Made by a program: the position numbers and the translations under genes. The notes under the pieces are model-generated. The model did no database searches. It was not told the DNA's origin and saw nothing but the letters and a program-made list of their open reading frames with translations. From assembly GCA_024626585.2 (NCBI GenBank), contig JANKJI020000004.1, positions 30,745,767 to 30,775,806 on the forward strand: a stretch of DNA of 30,040 bases. The letters run 5' to 3'. Below are positions 1 through 11,160 of the stretch, one piece after another; position 1 is the stretch's first letter; each line of letters starts with the position of its first letter. The DNA comes from Ginkgo biloba. Its lineage: Eukaryota > Plantae > Ginkgophyta.

Positions 1-360
1 TTTAATGTCTCAGTCTTAGGATTTCAAGGTGTTTCTCATGTGATTTTTGGGTCAATTATCTCATGAGGAAGCCAACATACAACAAAGGCAATAATGTTTT
101 CATAAAGCATACTGAAAATAGTAAAACAACCATACTAGCATTTCTTATAAACAACCTTGTACTTTATGTAGTTTCAAGGACCAATCGTTGGTATCACGTT
201 AGCATTAACTATCGTAAAATCAACAATTATAATTCTAAAATCAACAAGATATGGCATAGTACAACACAAGTAAATATAACAAAAGAAGGTTAGAAATACT
301 AGTTTGAAGAGCTTATTTGTTCCTTTACAACAAGCATTTCTCTTAGGGGCAATTTTCTAT

Positions 361-1405
361 TGTGGTTAGCCCCAACATTTTGTATAAGTCACGTGCAACC
401 TTGGTCGACATGGGATGTAGTGGGGATGGTGGACATCGAAGGGGGACCATTGGACGACAATGGACAATGTCCGAGGGTCACCTAAATCCCTCCAACGAGT
501 CATGATGCGATTATTCATTAGTATAACGATGGAAATTATTATTTAGTTGTACTTCATTATTGAGGGTTGTCGTTGGGGTTCAGTACATCAATCAACTTTG
601 ACAAACAACCACTGCCTTGTACAAGGTTTTCCTTCACCTATAAAGCACCCCCCATTATTTTTTAGAGATACCATTGGTTTGGTCATCGTTATAATCACTA
701 TTTGATCTTTGGATGATACCTTGGACATTATTTCCTATGATTAGTGAGATTCTCCTGTTGTTGCCGACTTTTGATGTCTTTTTACTTTGTGGAATCTCTC
801 TTATATACTTGGAATATCTTTGCAATCTCAATGCTAGTCTAGGTTCATAACTTGGGAATTGTACTCAACATCTAGCACCATTACTGATTTAGACCAAACA
901 TAGGGTTTCCCAATCATAGGTGGTGAGAGTGACCATGATAAAGATTTGCAGAAAATTGATGTTTGATGGGCATTCATGTTCCTCATCACCAACAGTGTGT
1001 CAAGCACTGCATTAAAGAAAAAGATATTCGTCCATTGATGGAATCAACTTGTCAAGGACTACATTTTGTCCAAAGTGGAGAATAATCAACAAATTGTGTC
1101 CAATCTAAAGCTAATATCTTTAATGACAAAGTTGAATGATTCTTGGCCATAGTTCTGACTTTGTTGGTTGAATGATTGCAACAACTTGAAAGGAGAAAGA
1201 TAATCGCATTAATGGAAGAAGAAGCAAGGAATGACCTCTTGAACAATTGTAAGTGCATGACAAATGATTGATAATCAATGCAACCTTTGATGCATTACCC
1301 AACTTGTTAAAGGAAATCTATTTTTGGAGAAAGGATATAAAAGTAACACGGAGAAATTGGAATTTTTTGCATCAACATCATATAATTTTCACCCTCTTCG
1401 ACGAC
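361..1405 (+). mobile_element. Decayed Ty3/gypsy 5' LTR (about 361-870), PBS remnant and leader; copy A
   Basis: TGTGG at 361, TATA-like CTATAAAG at about 638, and ...CTCAACA ending at 870. TAGCACCATTACTGA (873-887) differs from the Athila-type tRNA-Asp PBS TGGCGCCGTTGCCGG only by transitions. Colinear similarity to 2258-2990. Confidence 0.6.
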
Positions 1406-2257
1406 ANNNNNNNNNNNNNNNNNNNNNNNNNNNNNNNNNNNNNNNNNNNNNNNNNNNNNNNNNNNNNNNNNNNNNNNNNNNNNNNNNNNNNNNNNNNNNN
1501 NNNNNNNNNNNNNNNNNNNNNNNNNNNNNNNNNNNNNNNNNNNNNNNNNNNNNNNNNNNNNNNNNNNNNNNNNNNNNNNNNNNNNNNNNNNNNNNNNNNN
1601 NNNNNNNNNNNNNNNNNNNNNNNNNNNNNNNNNNNNNNNNNNNNNNNNNNNNNNNNNNNNNNNNNNNNNNNNNNNNNNNNNNNNNNNNNNNNNNNNNNNN
1701 NNNNNNNNNNNNNNNNNNNNNNNNNNNNNNNNNNNNNNNNNNNNNNNNNNNNNNNNNNNNNNNNNNNNNNNNNNNNNNNNNNNNNNNNNNNNNNNNNNNN
1801 NNNNNNNNNNNNNNNNNNNNNNNNNNNNNNNNNNNNNNNNNNNNNNNNNNNNNNNNNNNNNNNNNNNNNNNNNNNNNNNNNNNNNNNNNNNNNNNNNNNN
1901 NNNNNNNNNNNNNNNNNNNNNNNNNNNNNNNNNNNNNNNNNNNNNNNNNNNNNNNNNNNNNNNNNNNNNNNNNNNNNNNNNNNNNNNNNNNNNNNNNNNN
2001 NNNNNNNNNNNNNNNNNNNNNNNNNNNNNNNNNNNNNNNNNNNNNNNNNNNNNNNNNNNNNNNNNNNNNNNNNNNNNNNNNNNNNNNNNNNNNNNNNNNN
2101 NNNNNNNNNNNNNNNNNNNNNNNNNNNNNNNNNNNNNNNNNNNNNNNNNNNNNNNNNNNNNNNNNNNNNNNNNNNNNNNNNNNNNNNNNNNNNNNNNNNN
2201 NNNNNNNNNNNNNNNNNNNNNNNNNNNNNNNNNNNNNNNNNNNNNNNNNNNNNNNNN

Positions 2258-2990
2258 TAACTATAGTTACAGGCTTAAGGTGAGGTTGTTATAGTTTCCT
2301 CCACTTATAAAGGGCCCTCTATTGTTTCGAGTAATGATCATCATTGTGCATCCATTGTTCAGATTCTCTCATGATACCCTATGTATCTTTCCCATATAGT
2401 AATGAGATATATTGTTGTTGTTGATTCCTAATGCCTCATTTACCAAGGTGATTGATCTTACACATGGAATGGTCTTGAAGTCTCAATGTTAATCTAGATT
2501 TGCGATTTGGGAATTTGTAGTCAACATTTGGCATCTAGATTGAATATGGGGTTTCCCAATCATGGGTGGTGACAATGATTGTGATTGAGATTCGCACGGA
2601 ATACAAGTTCAAGAGCCAAGATTGATGATGTATGGTGGGAATCCTAGTCCTTCTTCATCAGAGGTGTGACGAATGACAGGTTACCAAAGCAAAGATTCAT
2701 CCATGGTGGAATCAACTCGTCTACAATTTCATTTTTGTTGAAGTAGAGAGTAATTGCCAAATTGTGCCAGAATTTGAAGTTAGTTTCTTCATTGATGAAG
2801 TGGAGTGATTTTTCGCAATTGTTGGAGCATTGTTGGATGATCGGATGCATGTGGAATCTTGACATAGAGAGGAGTAGATGCCAAAGCAATCTTGATTGCA
2901 TGGCAAACGGTTGTCATACACTACAACTAGGATGTGAAAGTCATTGGATTTTTTTGCATTAGCAACATATATTTTTGTTCACTTTGACAA
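2258..2990 (+). mobile_element. Second diverged copy (B) of the same LTR end, PBS and leader
   Basis: Shares ordered blocks with copy A: tataaag, tctcaatg.ta.tctag, ttgggaatt, tcaaca (here followed by TTTGGCA), gggtttcccaatcat.ggtggtga, tggaatcaact, caaattgtg, ttttttgcat. Confidence 0.65.
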
Positions 2991-4799
2991 CATTGTTATC
3001 CTCTGCCAAAAATCTTGATAGCGATTCTTGAAGCAAATCATCAGTAAAGTTATGATGACAATAACAAAAGGAGTTTCCACTTCTTGATTACAGGTTGATG
3101 TGTATTGCTAGACAATGTGAGGAAGAAAGGTGATGATGAAAGTCTATCATCTGAGAAGATCAGACCATTTGGGATATTGTAGTATGGGAAAGTGAGTCTT
3201 GAGTATAGAGGATCGATGTTGAGGACTTCTTTGTACGTCTAAGTCTCAAAGATTAGGGGTCATTGAGGGCAAGCATACCAAGTGAAACCAATCCTATCGA
3301 GGAGATTGCAAAGGTAGAGCATGGATCAAAGGAAGAATACTGACGACTTGATTCGACAAGGTCTATCAAAGAACTTAGAGAGTGAGTTTGTGGCTTTGAA
3401 CTCAAGAGTATGAAGGAATTTTGTAATATATCCGAGAACAACTACTGAGTGCCAATAAAATGAAGAATGTAATGTTTGAATACAAATACTACTACAAACC
3501 ATCATAGAGATGAAAAAGAAGTAGATAAATGTAGTGAGAAATGCTACATAATTAAGACATTTGATATCCATCATTCATTTCAGCATAGATTCANNNNNNN
3601 NNNNNNNNNNNNNNNNNNNNNNNNNNNNNNNNNNNNNNNNNNNNNNNNNNNNNNNNNNNNNNNNNNNNNNNNNNNNNNNNNNNNNNNNNNNNNNNNNNNN
3701 NNNNNNNNNNNNNNNNNNNNNNNNNNNNNNNNNNNNNNNNNNNNNNNNNNNNNNNNNNNNNNNNNNNNNNNNNNNNNNNNNNNNNNNNNNNNNNNNNNNN
3801 NNNNNNNNNNNNNNNNNNNNNNNNNNNNNNNNNNNNNNNNNNNNNNNNNNNNNNNNNNNNNNNNNNNNNNNNNNNNNNNNNNNNNNNNNNNNNNNNNNNN
3901 NNNNNNNNNNNNNNNNNNNNNNNNNNNNNNNNNNNNNNNNNNNNNNNNNNNNNNNNNNNNNNNNNNNNNNNNNNNNNNNNNNNNNNNNNNNNNNNNNNNN
4001 NNNNNNNNNNNNNNNNNNNNNNNNNNNNNNNNNNNNNNNNNNNNNNNNNNNNNNNNNNNNNNNNNNNNNNNNNNNNNNNNNNNNNNNNNNNNNNNNNNNN
4101 NNNNNNNNNNNNNNNNNNNNNNNNNNNNNNNNNNNNNNNNNNNNNNNNNNNNNNNNNNNNNNNNNNNNNNNNNNNNNNNNNNNNNNNNNNNNNNNNNNNN
4201 NNNNNNNNNNNNNNNNNNNNNNNNNNNNNNNNNNNNNNNNNNNNNNNNNNNNNNNNNNNNNNNNNNNNNNNNNNNNNNNNNNNNNNNNNNNNNNNNNNNN
4301 NNNNNNNNNNNNNNNNNNNNNNNNNNNNNNNNNNNNNNNNNNNNNNNNNNNNNNNNNNNNNNNNNNNNNNNNNNNNNNNNNNNNNNNNNNNNNNNNNNNN
4401 NNNNNNNNNNNNNNNNNNNNNNNNNNNNNNNNNNNNNTTCAACTTCCCAATGGCCTTTCAACTTTGCTAAGTCCTTAATAGTGGTCATTTCGACGATTGC
4501 ATGTGTCCATGCAACCCCGTAGACTTACCACTAGAGAATAAACTCCCTTAGACTTGAAGCAAGAGCCATTTTGTGCTTGTAACAACTGTGAAGACTAAAT
4601 CTTGCTAGGAGCTTGTTGAAAGTTGACAACAATGAGTGGAAGATGGTCATTGATGCTCAACAATAGTGATAGTGGACTAGACATCCATTGATGATGGTTG
4701 TGTGTCAAGTGGGTAAAGTGCTTCAAGTAGGCAAGGTGAGTTGAGAAAACCAAGTCTTTTGAGTTTTGCAAGGTGTGCCAATTGGGCCAAGTAGGCCAA

Positions 4800-5457
4800 A
4801 GATGAGGGGGGATTCTCCTCTAACAAATATGGCTCTAGTGGGAAAGCTACCCACTTTCAATAGGTTTGGGGAAGAAGACTCTAGCCAACATTGTAATGTC
4901 TATGACATGATATCGATGGGTAATGGTCAAGACAACCAAGATTACTAGGTGAGGGCATTCCCAACAACATTTTGGGATATTGTCAATGATTGGGATAAGG
5001 TATTTGTGGCAGATTACTCCAAGAATTGGAAGTTGTTGCAAAATGAATTTGACCAAGAATAAGTTGCTATCGAATGATGGTGAAGTTGTTGACAAAATTT
5101 ATAACCTAAAGCAAGAGTTGGGAGAAAGGGTCCACCTATATCACTAATGATTAAAAGCACTTATGAACAAAATGGCATCTCAAATGACAAAAGGACAAAA
5201 ATGATGACGGTTCTTGGATGGTTTATTGGCAAAGTACAAGTGGAAGATGAAGGTAATTCTAATCGCTTCTTATGAGCAAAGTCAAGCATTGAATTATGAG
5301 ATGGAGGAGAAGACCAGGACGTGTTGGGGAAAATCCTCGAGAAAAGAGAAAGGTGAAAAATCATCTTCTATTGTAGCTTTGTGTCAAGACATGATGCAAA
5401 CGATGGGCTTGTCTTCTTAAAAGGAGTAGAAGGAAATCTAGTGCATAAAGTGCAAGG
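4800..5457 (+). mobile_element. gag: Degenerate Ty3/gypsy gag (retrotransposon capsid domain, cut at the zinc knuckle)
   Basis: Read through stops and frameshifts: GKLPTFN..EEDSSQHC...Y*VRAFPTTF..IVNDW...NWKLLQNEF / IYNLKQELGERVHLY**LKALM...RFLDGL ... EI*CIKCK. This is the Retrotrans_gag pattern (FP.TL..W..W..L...F; Q...E.V..Y; F..GL) plus the first CxxC. Confidence 0.85.
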
Positions 5458-5530
5458 TGTAACAACCCGCCCTTACTCAAGCCTATAAAACAAAGGAATT
5501 AGACCTGCAACAAAGCTAAAAATTGCATAA

Positions 5531-5784
5531 TGTGAGAAATAAATGACCCAAGAGAGCAGAATGCAAAACACAGATAAAATTAGAAGGCAATAACACTAGA
5601 GATTTATGTGATAGAATCAGTCTACCACAAAATGATCAATTGAATTACTCAATGCTTTGATACTTTGATACATAATGTGTACAACTGAACACACATATAT
5701 ACAAGCTTGCACTTGTACATGGTGGACACATGTCTTCCATGCAATGACTCCCTCATGGACCCTTATTCCTAGTTAGGACTCACA
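5531..5784. mobile_element. Candidate short solo LTR (copia-like, probably reverse orientation)
   Basis: Perfect 6-bp terminal inverted repeat TGTGAG...CTCACA. The stretch 'aacactagagatttatgtg' resembles reversed copia LTR ends. No clean 5-bp TSD (cataa vs acatt). Confidence 0.4.
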
Positions 5785-6290
5785 ACATTAAGTCTTGACC
5801 CTATAAATGAATATAATAATGTACATTAAGTACAATGAANNNNNNNNNNNNNNNNNNNNNNNNNNNNNNNNNNNNNNNNNNNNNNNNNNNNNNNNNNNNN
5901 NNNNNNNNNNNNNNNNNNNNNNNNNNNNNNNNNNNNNNNAGAATTGTCCCTCCTCTACGACTCCAAGTCTGGTGACTTGCTTTTAAGTAGCAAATTGTAC
6001 AATATCTTCACCAAAAACTAGTCACTGCAATGTTAGAAAGCTCGTGTCACTTTCTTGATGTTCCTACTACTCATTAATGCAATAAAAATACACATAAACA
6101 CCTCTACTGAGGTCACCCTTCCCTGGAGAAGAAATCTAAGGACTTTTAAGAGTGCTTTGAGCCACAAAATAGTGTTATCATGTAATCACCCTATCTCCTG
6201 AACATGAAAAAATAGACAACAAAGTAATATGATGACTTCCTAGGTTGGTAGAATCAGGCCAGAATGCAAAAAACGTGCAAAGAAATAGAA

Positions 6291-6762
6291 TGATGTTATA
6301 TGAGTTGTTTAATCCCATAATAGTCCATATATAAAGAGGATTTATTGGGCTCTATCTCTCACATGAGGGTTGGGCTTAAACCTTGGGGTTGCACTCATTC
6401 CCCAAGATCCCTTTGTGGCTATAGCATGACACATATTACCGAAAGAAGGTGCTCTTAGCTAGGACACCCCTATGACTCCATTGCTTATCTTTTTCTCTCT
6501 CCTCAACTCCACTTTCTCATGGGAATCAACCAATGGATGAAGAACACATGAATTGGCCTGTGAAGTTAACTTATCCTTCTTCACACTTCTCGAGATAAGA
6601 TTCCCTTGGATTTTTTGGGTTGTAGCATCTCTCCCTGCCTTGTGGAGATCATTGCCCTCAATGAGCCTAGTCTTTGGGCAAAAAAATGTCAATTCTCATC
6701 TAGTTTATTATATAGGCTTATTCGACCATTCCACAAGGTATTCAACAATATTCCTATTCCAC
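6291..6762 (-). mobile_element. 3' end of a chromovirus gypsy element: chromodomain remnant, PPT and ~337-bp 3' LTR
   Basis: Minus strand reads WNRNIVEYLVEWSNKPI**TR*E...IEGNDL, matching the chromodomain EYLVxW...TWE. PPT AAGGCAGGGAGAGA (6641-6628) directly abuts TGCTACAACCC (from 6627). Candidate LTR end ...AACATCA at 6291, with AATAAA upstream of it. Confidence 0.75.
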
Positions 6763-9651
6763 AACTATTTACTGGGTTGGCATCACTGTAAGGAATGCAT
6801 GTAATGGGGTCAACTAGTAGTCCTAGAGAGACAGAAATGGGGGTTTCCACTTTCTCCAATAGGGGCACATATCAGGTTCTTAGGGAAAGCTAACAATAGT
6901 CACAGTTGGATTATTCAAAAGCATTCATACGCTGAACAAAGTAAATAACACACGCGCATGCATAATGAAAAAGATTGAGATTAACACAAAAAATTGAACT
7001 GAGTAAATTTGTTATTCATGATTGCCTTCTGTCTTACGGCTTATAACGTTTATAAGTTACAAAAGCGTCGTTTCAAGGCAAATATGAATAGTTACATCTT
7101 TTGGTTAATTACTACATTACCATATTACATAATTAACAACCTTTCATACAAGGCTTGTGTCTAGTCATTAATCTTTGTCAAGTTGCAACCAAATATTGCC
7201 AAAGTAGTTACAACTAGTAGTAGTTAGGCTTCTATAAAGCTATTGTGACGGACTATTGTCGAAGTTGTTGTGACCGACTACTGCCCAAGTTGTTGCAATT
7301 GGTTACCATAGAAGCTATTGCAACCAACCACTGCAAATCTCATTCCACAACATACATCTCGCCAACCACAACCTTTGAACGTCCTTGTTCAATACAAAAT
7401 TTTCAAACCTTTCCAATTAGGCTACCCCCTTGAAAAATTTTACTCGGTCTTTCATTTCTTAGAGGGGCCGAGTGTTTCTCAACGAAGCGGAATCTTGTGC
7501 TACCATAGTTGTTCAATTAGCTTATGATGAGTGGCATTTAGCTAATTTAACTATCGCTTAAGTGCCACCACTTGTTCTACTTTCTACTCATCTTTCTACT
7601 TTCCAATTATTCTATGAATTTTCCTTGGGTATCCTTTGTTGTGTGTTGAGCCTTAATNNNNNNNNNNNNNNNNNNNNNNNNNNNNNNNNNNNNNNNNNNN
7701 NNNNNNNNNNNNNNNNNNNNNNNNNNNNNNNNNNNNNNNNNNNNNNNNNNNNNNNNNGGGGCCTCATAAGCTCCTCACAACCAATAAAGCATGTGTTATG
7801 AGAGGGAGTCCTCATTATTTACTTCAATATCTTGTTGCTTTGTAGGTTCTTCGATATTGTCTTTAGTTATGGTTAGGGTGTCCTGCATCGTATGATAGGT
7901 AGATTCCAAATAAGAGCTTGTGGTTGCCTCAATGGCAATGGTTGTGCTAGATGCTGTTTTGGTGAGATGTTGCTTGGAATCAAGAATTATTTTTGCCTAG
8001 GGTCCACGTAATACTAATGGAATATTTANNNNNNNNNNNNNNNNNNNNNNNNNNNNNNNNNNNNNNNNNNNNNNNNNNNNNNNNNNNNNNNNNNNNNNGT
8101 GTAGGGTAGGAGGTGTTAGTTTCCATTTGAACTATTGCAAAGTCATGTTTTACAGTGATGCCTTCAACTATTGTACACACGTCTCAAAGTACTACTTTAG
8201 GTCGAATCTTAGATTGGTCCGTCAAGTGAATCGTATAATAGGGTGGTATGTATTCTAGTTCTCCAATTTGTATCTAGATTGATTCTGGAAGGATGTTAAC
8301 AGTTGAGCCTCCATCCACAAATGTTTTTGCCACAACATGATTGAAGTTTTGAATAGGAAGTTCTGGATCTTCATCTAATTGTTCTATTAAATTTATAGTT
8401 GTTATTAATTTTTGTGGAGTTGTCAAGAATCCTTTTTTCCACCATTATATAATAGTAGCTAGGGAATATTAATGTTGAGTTCATTGCATTATGTTTGTGT
8501 TAACTCTAGTTTCTATTCTTTTTTGTTCTTAGTTTATGTTTGGTTTGGCGGCTTAACAATGGTTGGTATATTATTCCTCTATCTATAAACTTGTTGTTCA
8601 ATTTGTTTTGACAGAGTTTTCTTAGGTTTAGGTATACGTCTTGTTGCTAGAGGTGGTTCCATTTCTTTTATTATCTCTTTAATTATCTTTGCTACTTCTT
8701 GAAACTGAACTTTCTCTTTTATCAGATTTGGGAATTCAGAAGTGTCCTTTATTGGGCTTTTGGTTTTGTATCTACTTTGAGTATGTAAATTAAGGGGGAT
8801 CACCAAGTCTGGTATGATGCTTACTAAATTTGAGATCATGGTTTTATTTTTGGGATTATTTGGGAAATTTTCTCATTCATGGTCCCCCGGTCCACATTCT
8901 TCACATATGAACCTTACTCCATTCTTTTCCATGGGGAATTCAGATTTTGCATGCCTCCATCACAAACATGGGTGGCATTGAATGGCTTTGGTTTTACCCT
9001 CATAATTCTTAAAGATGAAGACCCCTAGCTATCCTAAAGGGTTTAGGAGAAAGTTGTACACTGTGAAAACCAAGGTTCCTAAATATGTGGCTAGGATGAT
9101 GTTGGTCTCCTATTATCTTTCCGAGAGAACCCACTAATATGTGGCAACATAACCAATGTTTATTGGGTCAACATTATATTAAGGAATGCATCTAATAGGG
9201 TCAATTAGTAGTCCCAAAGAGATTTGTTGCTCTCACCAATAGGGCCATATCTCAGGGTCTTAGGGAAAGCTAGCGACAACCACAATTGGATTCTTCAAAA
9301 ACAATCATACATTGAACGAAGTAAATGACACATAAGCATGCATAATGAACAAAATATCCTATACTTGAATTGATTCATGAGATTAACGTAGAGAACTAAG
9401 TCAAGTAAATTTGTTATTCATGATTGTCTTCTACCTTATAACTCACAACATTTATAAGTTACAAAAGTGCCCTTTCAAGGCGGATTTGAATAGTCGTCTT
9501 TTAGTTAATTACTACATTAATATATTACATAAATAACTACGTTATATAAGGCTTGTAATTGGCCGTTAGTCTTTGTCGAGTTGCAATCGACTACTGCCAA
9601 AGTCGTTGCTACTAACTACTACTAAAGTTGTTGCGATTGACTACTACAGAA
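6762..9651 (-). mobile_element. Internally deleted non-chromovirus (Athila/Tat-related) gypsy element bounded by two diverged LTR copies
   Basis: Direct repeats at about 6765-7330 and 9155-9651 share taaggaatgcat, tcttagggaaagcta, gcatgcataatgaa, agtaaatttgttattcatgattg, tttataagttacaaaag and gttaattactacatta. The right copy ends ...GCCACA (minus strand, 9140) followed by a PBS-like TAGTGGGTTCTCTCGG. Gag-protease remnants lie between the repeats. Confidence 0.75.
8099..8990 (-). pseudogene. Degenerate gag C-terminus (two tandem CCHC knuckles) and aspartic protease
   Basis: Minus strand reads IQCHPCL*WRHAKSEFP-MEKNGVRFI-CEECGPGDHE*ENFP (about 8975-8860). It then reads KTFVDGGSTVNILPESI*...HLTDQSKIRPKVVL*DV...DFAIVQM....YPT; the active site VDGGS is at 8318-8304. 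Confidence 0.88.
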
Positions 9652-10699
9652 NNNNNNNNNNNNNNNNNNNNNNNNNNNNNNNNNNNNNNNNNNNNNAATA
9701 TGGAGCTTTTGTTCTATGTCTTGCACGCCTGCATATGTTGGTAAAACGTTATCATGTCTAGATAATGCTTTTTTTAGAAAACTCACATGAAGACTAGGTG
9801 CATTTTTACATCTACTAGCAACTACAATGTAAAGGATGCATCATTTTTTTTTTTAAGAATTTGGAATGGTACACAATATCGAGGCTAGAGTTTAGCACAT
9901 CTTCNNNNNNNNNNNNNNNNNNNNNNNNNNNNNNNNNNNNNNNNNNNNNNNNNNNNNNNNNNNNNNNNNNNNNNNNNNNNNNNNNNNNNNNNNNNNNNNN
10001 NNNNNNNNNNNNNNNNNNNNNNNNNNNNNNNNNNNNNNNNNNNNNNNNNNNNNNNNNNNNNNNNNNNNNNNNNNNNNNNNNNNNNNNNNNNNNNNNNNNN
10101 NNNNNNNNNNNNNNNNNNNNNNNNNNNNNNNNNNNNNNNNNNNNNNNNNNNNNNNNNNNNNNNNNNNNNNNNNNNNNNNNNNNNNNNNNNNNNNNNNNNN
10201 NNNNNNNNNNNNNNNNNNNNNNNNNNNNNNNNNNNNNNNNNNNNNNNNNNNNNNNNNNNNNNNNNNNNNNNNNNNNNNNNNNNNNNNNNNNNNNNNNNNN
10301 NNNNNNNNNNNNNNNNNNNNNNNNNNNNNNNNNNNNNNNNNNNNNNNNNNNNNNNNNNNNNNNNNNNNNNNNNNNNNNNNNNNNNNNNNNNNNNNNNNNN
10401 NNNNNNNNNNNNNNNNNNNNNNNNNNNNNNNNNNNNNNNNNNNNNNNNNNNNNNNNNNNNNNNNNNNNNNNNNNNNNNNNNNNNNNNNNNNNNNNNNNNN
10501 NNNNNNNNNNNNNNNNNNNNNNNNNNNNNNNNNNNNNNNNNNNNNNNNNNNNNNNNNNNNNNNNNNNNNNNNNNNNNNNNNNNNNNNNNNNNNNNNNNNN
10601 NNNNNNNNNNNNNNNNNNNNNNNNNNNNNNNNNNNNNNNNNNNNNNNNNNNNNNNNNNNNNNNNNNNNNNNNNNNNNNNNNNNNNNNNGTCAAGAACCT

Positions 10700-11160
10700 T
10701 CCAACTACACCTATAGCTACAATTGGCAAAATAGCAACATAGATATGCATCTAGCTAAGAGAGGTAAAAAGCCAACTATTAGTAGCCCAAAACAAAGGGC
10801 TAAAATTATTTCTCATGTAGAGGTGCCTTAAGTCAAGGAATTATCATCCCCCAAAAGGTTTCCAATGGGATTCCTAACTACCTTAGGCTAAGTCGCTAGG
10901 GTTTTTGCAGTTAAAAGGTAGGTAAATATTAGAATTTATAGTTCATCATACATGCATAAAATAAATTCATTAAAGCATGATTACTACCTTTAAATGTAAT
11001 AAATAAGCCCTATGACCAAATGCCCTACCTCAAAGATTCTAATGCACCCATTATTAGGGCTTAGATCCTTCATAAGTACATGCAAAATCACAAAATAGTA
11101 TAAAATCTTCCAGTTACAAAATGCTCAAGGCTGCAAAAAAAATCCAAAATTCCTCAAAGG
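10700..11160 (-). repeat. Dispersed repeat, inverted relative to 20750-21260
   Basis: Its reverse complement shares ordered blocks with 20750-21260: ctaagccc, ttttatgcatg, aaaccctag(c/t)gactt..ccta.gg.agttagg, taaggca(c/t)ctctacatgag, tag(c/t)tataggtgtagtt. Confidence 0.8.

Noticed and set aside
9698-9730. YGAFVLCLA as the CYP37 'YGAVAMA' exon
   Set aside because: Only 3 residues match, and it lies on the wrong side (upstream) of the found exons.
1268-10750. ORFs of about 300 aa in the track (1268-2283, 3476-4522, 9815-10750)
   Set aside because: They consist almost entirely of X from N gaps.
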